Assembly: GCF_006345805.1 (NCBI RefSeq)
Contig: NC_043009.1
Coordinates: 68,014,001-68,078,000 of the forward strand
DNA from: Octopus sinensis
Taxonomy: Eukaryota
Length of the DNA stretch: 64,000 nt
Direction of reading: 5' to 3'
Shown here: positions 53,812 through 64,000 of the stretch, piece after piece
How positions within the stretch are numbered: the stretch's first letter is position 1
Layout of the letters: each line of letters opens with the position of its first letter
Program-made: the position numbers and the translations under genes
The notes under the pieces: model-generated
What the model was told of the DNA's origin: nothing
The model's database searches: none
Seen by the model: the letters and a program-made list of their open reading frames with translations, nothing else

Positions 53812-54410
53812 GGCGGCGAGCTGGTAGAATCGTTAGCACGCCGGGTGAAATGCTTAGAGGTATTTCGTCTGCCGCTACGTTCTGAGTTCAAATTCCGCCG
53901 AGGTCGACTTTGTCTTTCATCCTTTGGGGTCGATTAAATAAGTACCAGTTACGCAATGGGGTCGATGTAATCGACTTAATCCGTTTGTCCTTGTTTGTCC
54001 TCTCTGTGTTTAGCCCCTTGTGGGTAGTAAAGAAATAGGTATTTCATCTGTCGTTACGTTCTCAGTTCAAATTCTGCCGAGGTCGACTTTGCCTTTCATC
54101 CTTTCGGGGTCGATAAATTAAGTACCAATTACGCACTGGGGTCGATGTAATCGACTTAATCCCTTTGTCTGTCCTTGTTTGTCCCCTCTATGTTTAGCCC
54201 ATTGTGGGTAATAAAGAAATAAGAAACGCTAGCACGCCGGGTATTTTGTCTGTCTTTACGTTCTGAGTTCAAATTTCGCCGACGTCGACTTTGCCTTTCA
54301 TCCTTTCGAGGTCGATGAATTAAGTACCAACTGCGTACTGGGGTCGTTCTAATCGACTGGCGTCCTCTCCAAAAATATCAGGCCTTGTACCTAGAATAGA
54401 AAAGAATATT
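53812..54410 (+). mobile_element. tRNA-headed SINE family A, three tandem units (long-long-short 3' ends)
   Basis: Head GGCGGCGAGCTGGTAGAA, B-box-like GAGTTCAAATTCC; ~185 bp units repeated at ~54038 and ~54223. Confidence 0.85.
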
Positions 54411-54679
54411 TTGGCAATAATGGGAATGGTGTGTTCATTTTGAGATGACCGGTTTGTGGCGAACGCACAACTCATACTTTACCATAATATTGCCTGGATT
54501 TACCTTGGACTTTACCTAAGAGCATTCGGACTAACATCGATACCCTCTGAAAAATGAAGTGTGAACTTTATTTCCATATTTCCTTACTCTTTACTCTTCT
54601 GTTTCATTGTTTATTATTCGTGAATTTTCCATGTCTAGATCTTATATCTGAATATTTCCATGTCTGAATCTTTCATATG

Positions 54680-54753
54680 TTCTCTGATGACGGAATATGC
54701 CATATTCAGACATACTCTATCACTTGGGATATCTCAGAAACAGCTGTAAGACC
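54680..54753 (+). ncRNA. Degenerate hammerhead motif, same family as 15581-15628
   Basis: TCT-CTGATGA (54684-54690)...GAAA-CAGCTGTA-AGACC (54737-54753) with a 46 nt rearranged stem II. Confidence 0.45.
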
Positions 54754-54984
54754 TCAACTAATTTAAGAATAATATAAAACGATGTATATAACTTGAAATG
54801 CTTGTTATGCCTCGGCGTTTGTTGTCCTCTTTCACAAATATATATATATCTACTAAATTGGAAACCTAAATTGGATCCATAGCTCCGTCCCAGTTCCGAG
54901 CTTGGAACGCTGACGACCCGTTACAGCACTTACTCAGCGTACCTGTTCGTTTAGATCAACAGTGAACTAAACTCCTATATTCTG

Positions 54985-55100
<116 letters not shown>

Positions 55101-55167
55101 GTATGTATATACTTGATTTCTTCTTCCTCCGTGACGTTACTAACCTACTTCCTTTTACTCCTCACAG

Positions 55168-55232
55168 GTCTGAAGTGATCAAAAATATCCTCCTGAACTA
55201 TGACAATCGGATCTCCCCTCATTTTGATCCAG
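55168..55232 (+). CDS. Internal coding exon (65 nt, phase 2 to phase 1) of a probable Cys-loop ligand-gated ion channel subunit (GlyR/GluCl/GABA-A-like N-terminus)
   Basis: TACTAAC branch point 55138-55144, pyrimidine tract CTACTTCCTTTTACTCCTCACAG, donor AG|GTAAGA at 55233. Open frame g-TCT...CCA-g = (x)SEVIKNILLNYDNRISPHFDP(x), matching the alpha1 helix + YDxRxxP motif. The phase-1 intron falls within one codon of the conserved GlyR/GABA-A intron (YDARIRPNFK|G). Too short for the ORF track. Confidence 0.65.
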
Positions 55233-55299
55233 GTAAGAGTATTTTTATATGTTAGATACAGCTATTGAAGAGTTTATCAAAGACCTTCATCTAATCATT

Positions 55300-55770
55300 T
55301 ACAATAACAGCTTCTTTGGCTCTCTGTTCTCTTACGAATCGAAACAAAAATATCCAGAAATTAGATGATATAGCTCTAGAAACACGATGTTTGATAAAGA
55401 ACTCGTGAACAAAGGCATAAGGCAATGATTTGGGGAAATTTTTTTCTGGTACTATTTTAGAAGTAATTTTCTTAGTAAATTGGGGATCCACAATAGTACT
55501 TTAAGGGTCCTTGAAAAAATATGTTGTTTTAGATCTTTTTCTCTAAGATTTTACACAGTTCAACATCATTCTAGCCACGGAAACAGGTTCTCTCAGAAAG
55601 TTGTATTGCAAACCTAGTCTAGGGAACATGTGAAAAGCAAAATAAGGATTTTAAGTATCAATAAAACTCGTTTTTAAACTACGAATGGCTTTGTGGGGGG
55701 ATGCCAGAATAAAATAGCAATCAAAGGGATCCATAGACAAAAAAAAGTGAAAATGGCTGAGAACCAGTCA
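55300..55770 (-). mobile_element. Possible decayed hAT-like MITE
   Basis: Terminal AAAATGGCTGAGAACCAG (55750-55767) resembles a reversed CAGTGGTTCTCAACC hAT end; weak. Confidence 0.25.
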
Positions 55771-56407
55771 TGTAAAAAATTCCCAATGATGTATTTAAAA
55801 ACAATGTGCTATGGGTTCATACATACACAGGTATAATATTGCGCATGTGCAGGTGTACTAACTGCAGTAATCGTAATTTAAGTAAGCTGTTTTGATGAGG
55901 AAGCTTAATAACAAGGAAACATTCCGTAGCTGTCTTTCGAATTTATGGAAATAAAGAAATAAGAGTAATTAAGCGAACGTTGTTTTTGCCGTAACGCATA
56001 AAATTTCGAAAGAGATATTTGATTTAGTTCAGTCGGTTGAGCATCAGAGTTCTCGATGTTGTCATGCCTGTGTCTTAAGAAGCTGGTTTAGCAGCCACAT
56101 AGTCTCCGGTCCAGTATCTTCTACTTTAGCCCTGAATTGACCAATGTTTTGTGAGTGAATATGATAAGCGAAAACTGTGCGGAAGCTCGATGTATATAGA
56201 ATGTGTCTGTTTGTGTTTGTGTGTGTGTGTGTCCTTCTTCACCACTTAACAACTGTTGTTGGTTTGTTTACGTCCTCAACACTCAGCCGTTTGTCAAAAA
56301 GAGACAGATAGAATATGAGCCAGACTTAAAAAAGATAGAAAAGAAAAGAATAGGTGGTGATTTGTTTGACTCAAGTCATCAAGGCAGTGCTCCGGCATCG
56401 TCGCAAT

Positions 56408-57110
56408 TGTTTACAGCCGCGCTTGGAATGGAGGTGCGCAGCGTGTGATCGTCGCATTGACCGTAACAGAGAAAGTTGAGCAGAGAATCTGCATCAAATG
56501 TTGCAAAAAAGCTTGGCGATACCTGCTCAGAGTCCTATGCAAAATCTTCAGAAATTTTTCATCGTTCTCGATACAGTCAAGGAATTCATTTGAAACTGAA
56601 ACCCGACTATCTTTTTGGTCAGCTGAAAGCAGTTTTGGCGCAAACTTAGCAGACACGCGTCTCATACCCAAATCTTTTGTTGATAATGGACTAAACTGAA
56701 CCGTAACTAATCTGCACATCCTCTGATAATTCACGGATGGTGATTCGACGATTTTCCGTAAAAGCTACACGCACATCTGCGATGTTTTTCTCAGTTCTGC
56801 TGGTTGCCCGCCTCCCAGAATATTTATCAATATCGGCTATCTTGGAAATGTCTGAACCACTCGTACACTTGTGTGTGGCTCATGCACTCCTCTCCATGAC
56901 AACTTTCTCTGTCATGGTCAATGCGACGATCACACGCTACGCAACTTCCTTCCAAGCACTGCTGTAAACAGCAGAAGTAAGCTAGAACATTAAAACTTAG
57001 TACGCATGCGCAGCAGAGTTTAAGATCACTCTGTGCCAAGCGGTTTCACTCTGCGTGCCTTAGTTTCGTTATATGCCAACATTCCTGATACTTATTGATC
57101 AGGCCTCGTA
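56408..57110 (-). mobile_element. Truncated mariner 5' half (-) fused to an inverted second 5' fragment (+)
   Basis: 5' end TACGAGGCCTGATCAATAAGTATC at 57110. Minus-strand MTEKV...GEECMSHTQVYEWF...RRITIREL...LGMRRVSAKFAPKLLS; plus-strand 56408-56545 encodes TEKVEQRICIK. Confidence 0.85.
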
Positions 57111-57189
57111 TTGCCTTATATAAAGGTAAGAGAACGTGTGCGCATGTGTGAAAAATGTTCAAGTATTATCATCTTGAAAATAATGTCTT

Positions 57190-57610
57190 TCACCTTTTAC
57201 TAGTTTCAATCACTGGACGGTGGTCAAGCTAGCGCACCACCTTGAAGAGTTTCAGTCAAACAGGTCGCCCTAAACCCCGTACTAATTTTGTTGTCTGTGT
57301 TTGGTGCTGATTCTACTTATTTCATAGGTTTATTTGGCCGAGATACTACTACGTTACGGGAACCTAGACAAATAAAAACCGGTTGCCAAGCGATGCACAA
57401 GACACAGAAACACACACACAGACAGACACATATAAATATACGATGGGATTCCATACAGTTTCCATCCACTAAATTTACTCACAAAGCCTTGGTAAGCTCG
57501 AGGATATTGTAGTAGACATTTGTCCAAGGTGCTACGCAATGGGACCGAACGCGAAACCATATGATTGGGAAACTAGCTTATTACCACACAGCCAAACCTG
57601 CATCCACAGT
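57190..57610 (-). mobile_element. SINE family B, degenerate full copy
   Basis: Reversed tail at ~57190 and head at ~57440-57600. Confidence 0.7.
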
Positions 57611-58854
57611 CTCGCGTGCTTTTCATATCATTTTATCAAGATACTTTAACACACATGTGGCAATATATACATTGTATAGCTGCATCATGTATTTGCATAT
57701 GCATGTATCGAGTTGCTATGCAGTTCAGTTGAAGGTGGCTTTGTCACTCTCAGTTGTCAGAAGCTAAATAACCCTTGTCACAAAGATTATATTAGATTCT
57801 TATGAGATTCGGCAACGGATAGCCATTACAGACCTCCCTCTGTGGTTGTCTTTATCTGTCAGATTATATGCGATTACAAAAATATACATCTCAGAAACTT
57901 GGCATTCTTATCAGACTATGACGGATATTCAAGGAATTGGCTACCAAATCAGACAATTCCAAGAAGAATTGTCTGTCTCCTAGTTTACAAAGATCCATGC
58001 ATACAAATACACATAAAAACATAGATATACTCGTACACACACGCACTCACGCATACACACACACACTCATACACATGTGTGCGTGCAAGCACGCTCGCAC
58101 TTAGTTCGAAACCAAGCCATAATTTCTATGAAATCCCCAGTGAAATAGGTTTTATGGCAGGCAAACAAATTTTACCTCTGTCATGTCAAATAATTAGCCA
58201 TCCTTTCCTATTAATGTTATTGCACCTTCACATTGAAAGAATTCCGAGTAGAAATTATATTTACAACATATCACTGAGGTAATTATATTTAGAAGCTTCT
58301 ATTATGAATACAATTGAATTACAGGAACAATGCACCGACAACACTAGAAAGCTGGTGACATTTTTTTCATACTTATCATCTGCAACGCTTCTAATAAACA
58401 TTATTCTCTTCGAGATTGTGAGGGAGAGCTTGGTACAATTGTTTCTGTATGTGTTTGGCCATTAAAACTGCGAAAATTTGGTCATAGGCAATAAAAGTCG
58501 ATATTCTGGTTCAAACAGTAATTTATAAAAGGAAAGAGAAATGGTAGGACGATGGTAGATTTCTGCATAGATTGTCTAAACAAACATTTGTGTCAATAGT
58601 AGCAATACGATGCTGTCTATAGATCTGTTAGAAATATTTCTCAGGTTAAAGGCAACTTTTATCATCGTACATCTGATATTATGTTACACGACATCAAGTG
58701 ACTTAGCACAAACTGGTTTCATATTCAATCGTAAGGAGACGAATGTATGCGGAAGAGAATGAGAAAGTCACACCTTTTCTTTATTGATATTGGGATTATA
58801 AACGGAATCGTCTTTATTAGAGTTTATATAATACAGGCTAGAAATTTTGGTTAT

Positions 58855-59260
58855 AAATTTTGGCACAAGGCCAGCAACTTCGGGAGACAGGAGAGCTAAG
58901 TCGATTCCATCGACGTCAGTGTTCAATTGATACTTATTTTATCGACCCAGGAAGAATAAAAAGCAAAACCAGCCCCGGTGGCATATGATCTCAGGACGTA
59001 AAGACAGAAGTGATGCGGCGAAGCGTTTTTTCCAGCGAGGAACGATTCAGCCAGCCAACTGCCCGCAACTAATATCGGTTTCAAATTTTGGTACGAGGCC
59101 AGCAATTTCAAGGGAGGCGATGAGTCGATTACTTAACTGATACTTATTTTATCGATCCCGAGAAGGATGAAAGACAAAGTCGATCTCGGTGGATGGAATT
59201 AAATCAGAACGTAAAGACGAAGCATTTTGCCCGGCGTGCGAACTATTTTCTCAGCCCGCC
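58855..59260 (-). mobile_element. Two adjacent SINE family A copies
   Basis: GGCACAAGGCCAGCAA / GGTACGAGGCCAGCAA tails at ~58862 and ~59090 followed by reversed cores. Confidence 0.75.
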
Positions 59261-60186
59261 ATCTTTATCTCGGATGATTTCGTCCTAAATAAAATATGTC
59301 TGAAAAAATACGATGGGATGGGGAAACCAACCATTGAAATCCAGAGAAGTTGGTTTGAACTTAACAACAGACACAAACAGACATAAATGTGAAATATTGC
59401 GTCTACCGAAGAAAAATATATTTCCAGTTTCCACACAAAATCACAATTTTGGCTTTGCATTAGCGTGGCTCATTTAACCGGAGGAGATAAGACACAATTT
59501 TCAACGAAAATTTCACTAATATTTCAGTTATGCTTTCTTTATAAACAGCCATCTGTAACATAAAATTTTTGCCTCTTACTGACTGCATCTAATTAATTAA
59601 ATTTATGATTGAGGCTTTTTAACGAGGTTGCCATTCTCATAAATATCTCAAGCGTAATACAAATTGTATGGAAGTCTCTGTAACAATAAACATGTTCAGT
59701 TTCTAGGTTTCCTTTCATTGATCGTTGCCTGAGTTTTCTTCGTATTCATAATATACGACGAACTCTATGGATCTAAATCATATTTCCCTCGAGGGGTAAC
59801 CATTGTTATGTCTTGTATCAATTCTGAACCCAGTCAAGCGCACCAATTCCTTTATATTTGTTCTTTAAAAAGTCATTGGAAAAGACAGCAAATGAAGAAA
59901 AAAAAATTGAAATAAAGAAAACCAGAACGATATAGAAATGTCTAATGACGATAGACCAGATAATCGATACAAATAAAATGAAAGAATGAAATGTTTAAAA
60001 TAACCGATGCAAAACAGAATAAGGGAATTTTTACAATATCATATCGAGTATGTATAGAAGAAGAAGAAGAAGAACATTGTGAGCAGGGGGAGATAAATTA
60101 TGCCCACATCAGACTATTGACAATAAAACAATAACAAGGATGATGACGACGATGATGAACAAGAGCACTTCGCTGCTGGTGAAGAC

Positions 60187-60234
<48 letters not shown>

Positions 60235-60265
60235 AACAATAATAATAATAATAATAATAATAATG

Positions 60266-60325
<60 letters not shown>

Positions 60326-60356
60326 TAATAATAATAATAATAATAATAACAATAAC

Positions 60357-60592
60357 AAGCCGGACATAGTCTTAATTGAGAAAGAAAACAAGGAAAACAA
60401 ACTATGCTGGATCATAGATATAGCCTGGCCAGCTGACGACAAGGTATGCGATAAGGAAGAAAGAAAAGTCGAGAGATATGACAGGTTAGCTTGGGAAGTT
60501 AAGCAGTAGTGATCGAGGAAAAAGGTAGCAGTAGTACCAATAATTGTAGGAGCCCTGGGAACAGTGAGCAAAAATCTGGAGAAGTACGTGGA
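60357..60592 (+). mobile_element. Second R4/Dong fragment (endonuclease region)
   Basis: Highly similar to ~45961-46190 (PDIVLIEKE...YDRLAWEVKQ...GALGTVS); preceded by (TAA)n. Confidence 0.9.
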
Positions 60593-60994
60593 ATGGAACC
60601 CCAAGAAAGATGACAAAAGTAAGAATAGGTTTAATTCAGAAAGGATAAGGAAAAGGGAAGACTCAGTAATTATAATCCTGTTACATATTTACCATTGTAT
60701 TAGAAATTGCAAACTCATCTCATTGCAGATGACTTGTATATCTCTGTTCAGAAGGGAACACTTTTCAGGAAAGGTCAAAAGGAACGCGGAAAGGAAATAG
60801 GGGAACTAAGTGGAAGAAAGAACTTAGCTGCTGTTTGGATTGACTAGAAGAAAACGCCAAAATGTAACACACGATAACATTTAAAACAGCCGAGCACTCT
60901 TGGAATCCATGAGAAGATTAATGGGTTTCTTCGAAAAAGACAAAACAAAACCAAACAATGGTCTGATGGGAAAATGAATTCGGGAAGTAAATCC

Positions 60995-61214
60995 GTAACC
61001 GTTTAGCATTCAGATTACTCTGTCAAATGTAATAATTATTTATTATTCAGGTTGTTTTGAATGTATTATCTCGGAGCTTGAAGATATCAATGATGTGACT
61101 ACTTTGTGAATGATATGGTAGGACAGGTGTGAGAGGCTAGATCCACCTGTCTTAGAATATAAAACGGTAGAATATTTGGTCCTGATAGGGTCAGTTTAAC
61201 TGTTAAAAAGTTAA
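60995..61214 (-). mobile_element. piggyBac-like MITE (~220 bp)
   Basis: Degenerate (T)TAACC(C)TTTAGCA-type ends, TTAA at 61211-61214; homologous to split pieces at 6803-6945 and 7490-7612. Confidence 0.55.
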
Positions 61215-61697
61215 GAAATGCGAAATTCGGTGAGGAGTTATTTTAAGGAGAACGATATATGCGTTAACTTTCGTCATCAAGTTGACTCCTTTGTAAAGCA
61301 TGCTGGGAAAATCCAAACCTATTTATGAATCCAAAACCCAAACCTATTTATGGTTAAGAACAGGAAGAATGTGAATGGTCCACTTAATATAGATGAGCTG
61401 AAAGCGAATTCTCTTGTTTAACTTGTTGGAAGTATAAGGATGTGCGGCTTTAGGCAAATGATTATACAGTATTATGGAGGTCAGACGTTCAAATGCGATG
61501 GTGCAGACATACAACAAATGATATTAAATCAAGCATAAACGATGAAGGGATTATTGCAGGTCGGTAAGATAATGGAAAGGAAGATTAAAGAAAATGTTTC
61601 CAAAGTGTACAGGAGAAGAAGAACTGAGAGGACGAGCTGAGCAAAACTAATTGGAGATAATATCAAGTCCGTCAAAAGAAGTAATTTCTCCTCTTCT

Positions 61698-61875
61698 CCT
61701 CTGGCAGCCATCTACTCGCAACACCAGAGGGCGCACACTCTCCTACCCTGATGTAATCTCCAGGGATACAGGCATCCAGTAACAGGACCTCCGTAATGCT
61801 ATGATGGACCGTGAAGTCTGGCGTAATATAGTAAATTCCATTGTCTCGACCACGGTCGAACAATGATGATGATGA
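61698..61875 (+). mobile_element. 3' end of an RTE-clade LINE
   Basis: LWQPSTRNTRGRTLSYPDVISRDTG...DLRNAMMDREVWRNIV followed by a (TGA)n tail. Confidence 0.75.
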
Positions 61876-63689
61876 AGTCCGTCAATGCGTAAAGAGACGA
61901 AAGAAGTATTGAAAGTTATAATCCTTTTGGATTACAGTGGATCTCGAAGCTATAACAGAATGTAAATATTGGTTTGGAAAACCCCTATCGAAAGGGCTTT
62001 TCTAACTCGATATTCACGTGCTATTATTTATGGGTTTATGAGCTTTGAGATATACTGTTCCAAATAAGAATTATTTCACGTTCTCTCGAAAGTTTATAAA
62101 ATTCTTGATTGCAAGTGGAATTTTTCAACACTCTATCGATTCTAATAATACATCTTTCCAAGAGATATCAATATTATAGAGTTCTGAAAATATAAATTAA
62201 CCGCTCAGTCATAAATTCAAATGATATCGGAAATGTTTAGCATCGATTTGAGACAGAAAACAAACAACTTCCCTTTCTGACGAGGCACGAACGAGGCATC
62301 GATATTTACCGAGTGACCATCATTAAAGGACGCTAGTAGTTTCGTTTCCTTAAATTAGTATTTGTTGCTGCTATGTTAATTGTCCTCTCCAGTCATCCTG
62401 TTGCTTCTCTTTCAAATTTCTATCAATGTCTAATACCAAGACGGAACACATCGATTAAACTTTGAAAATACTGAGCAAAAACTTCAAAAGAGTGAAGAAT
62501 ACATTACAAAAAGACAGAAAGAAAAGTAAAACGAGAAAGAATCCTTAAAAGAAGTGAAAAGAACAAAAAAACCATGAAAGCAAAAATGAATAGAATCTTT
62601 TGTGAAACCCGAGTATTTGCAGCACTTCAGAAGACGTCTTCTTCAACAGATCTTTCAGTATGCACGTTTTTTTGTTTTCTTTTCCGTAACTTTACAAATA
62701 GTATAAAGAGTTTTATTCAATGTTACTGACGTATGTTACATAAAACTATTTACACGGATGCTTTTCTTGTGTCAATAACAACATTGAAGTATTTCAGTGG
62801 AAGTGCTTTGCAGAAGTATGTAATACAAGCAAAGCAGGATAGAGGAGAAATGACACCTCCGACAACTGATTGATCAAACATGAGCGAATGTCGATCGGTT
62901 GTGCAATTTCACTTCAGTTCACACTTTATGATTGAGTGGACGATGAAACTCGTGCATTATTAGTGTTTTTTTTTGTTCTATTTAAAAACATGAAGCCTTG
63001 TCATGGTATAAGAAACGGTTATATACAATATCCCTTTCTTAAATATTACAGCGAGGTTTATAAAAAACGCGAATGGTTTACAGAGACAGAAAAAGTAAAC
63101 CAATGCTCTGTTGTCTGTAGAAGTTCCATTGGGATATAATGAGGAAATAACTGCTGGTAGGGATATTGTATTTCGTTTAACAGCTTCAGTTTTATATACT
63201 ACCAAGTGTATTAAAAGCTTGTAAGTCAATGCTATGTCCTTTTTGTGTTAGCAGCACGATTCAATTATTTTAAAGATATATCTACAGATTTTTTATAGAG
63301 GTTAGAGACAACACTGAAAGTTGAGACGTTTCGTATACGAATACGTCTATGTAAACAGTGCAATCAAAGACAGAAACAGTAGGTGATGGGTGTATATACA
63401 TATTTCAGGAGATATTGCTCTTTCTTCAGTGCCACATCAACGCATTTACCATCCACGAACACATCACTTAAATAGTGAATAAGTTAAGCGATGTAATACT
63501 ATTTGAGGAGCGGGTTTATAATAAGCTACGCAGATAAACAAATATATTTAATATCATGTAGTTAATATATTTCAGGTATCTGATTTGTTTATCTTCAAAA
63601 TTGCCCCCTCTCTCTATATTTATACATTTATAAATATATATATATGTGTGTGATGAAGGTATATGTACCTGTGAGCTTGTACTCTCATC

Positions 63690-63950
63690 GCCTGACAAGC
63701 GCTGTTGGTTTGTTTACGGCCCCGTAACCAATACGTTCGACTAAACGCTTCAAGGCAGTGCCCCAGCATGACCACAGTCCAATGACTGAAACAAGTAAAA
63801 TATAAAAGATCTGCAAACACTCATTTATGTACACAGGCTTCCATACAGTTTCCATCAATGGATTTTCTCTTCTGAAGCATCGGTTAACCTGAGGTTACGT
63901 AAGGAATCTTTTGCCTAATCGAACCCGCGACCACATTGCCGCGAGGTGGC
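63690..63950. mobile_element. SINE family B fragments (3' half +, degenerate 5' half -)
   Basis: CAAGGCAGTGCCCCAGCATGACCACAGTCCAATGACTGAAACAAG then CCATACAGTTTCCATC. Confidence 0.55.
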
Positions 63951-64000
63951 TAATGCATGACATTTACTTGATGGGGGACAAATATCACAACCTCCTATTA

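Noticed and set aside
53812-54410. Regularly spaced repeats resembling a CRISPR array
   Set aside because: Whole ~185 bp units repeat with no unique spacers, the context is eukaryotic, and there are no cas genes.
61051-61117. AG...GT segment of 67 nt as the next Cys-loop exon
   Set aside because: The required frame has a stop (TTG TGA), and the segment lies inside the piggyBac-like MITE.
63322-63350. Hairpin AGACGT-TTCG-TATA-CGAA-T-ACGTCT with GAAACGTC on minus
   Set aside because: No CUGANGA core upstream.

Overview
Eukaryotic, AT-rich, repeat-saturated genomic DNA. The tRNA-headed SINE families, Penelope-like/R4-Dong/RTE/Tx1/CR1 remnants, mariner elements and dense (TA)n, (TATC)n and (TAA)n microsatellites look like a coleoid cephalopod (Octopus-like) genome; this is inference from pattern recognition, not a database result. 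There is no prokaryotic operon, CRISPR array or intact rRNA/tRNA gene, and nearly all ORFs in the supplied track are microsatellite or repeat artefacts. One well-supported host coding exon lies on the + strand (55168-55232): a perfect TACTAAC branch point, canonical AG/GT, and the peptide SEVIKNILLNYDNRISPHFDP, which resembles the N-terminal helix/YDxRxxP motif of Cys-loop ligand-gated ion channels. Much of the window is therefore probably intron of that gene, and a motif-dense candidate promoter/first exon sits at about 7.74-7.90 kb. The most interesting non-coding signal is a set of minimal type I hammerhead-ribozyme motifs with palindromic stem III (Penelope-like/retrozyme type) near or in microsatellites. 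They include a ~280 bp fold-back carrying two divergent hammerheads (15413-15693) and a core-intact motif at 41102-41144. Mobile-element boundaries are approximate unless TIR/TSD positions are given.
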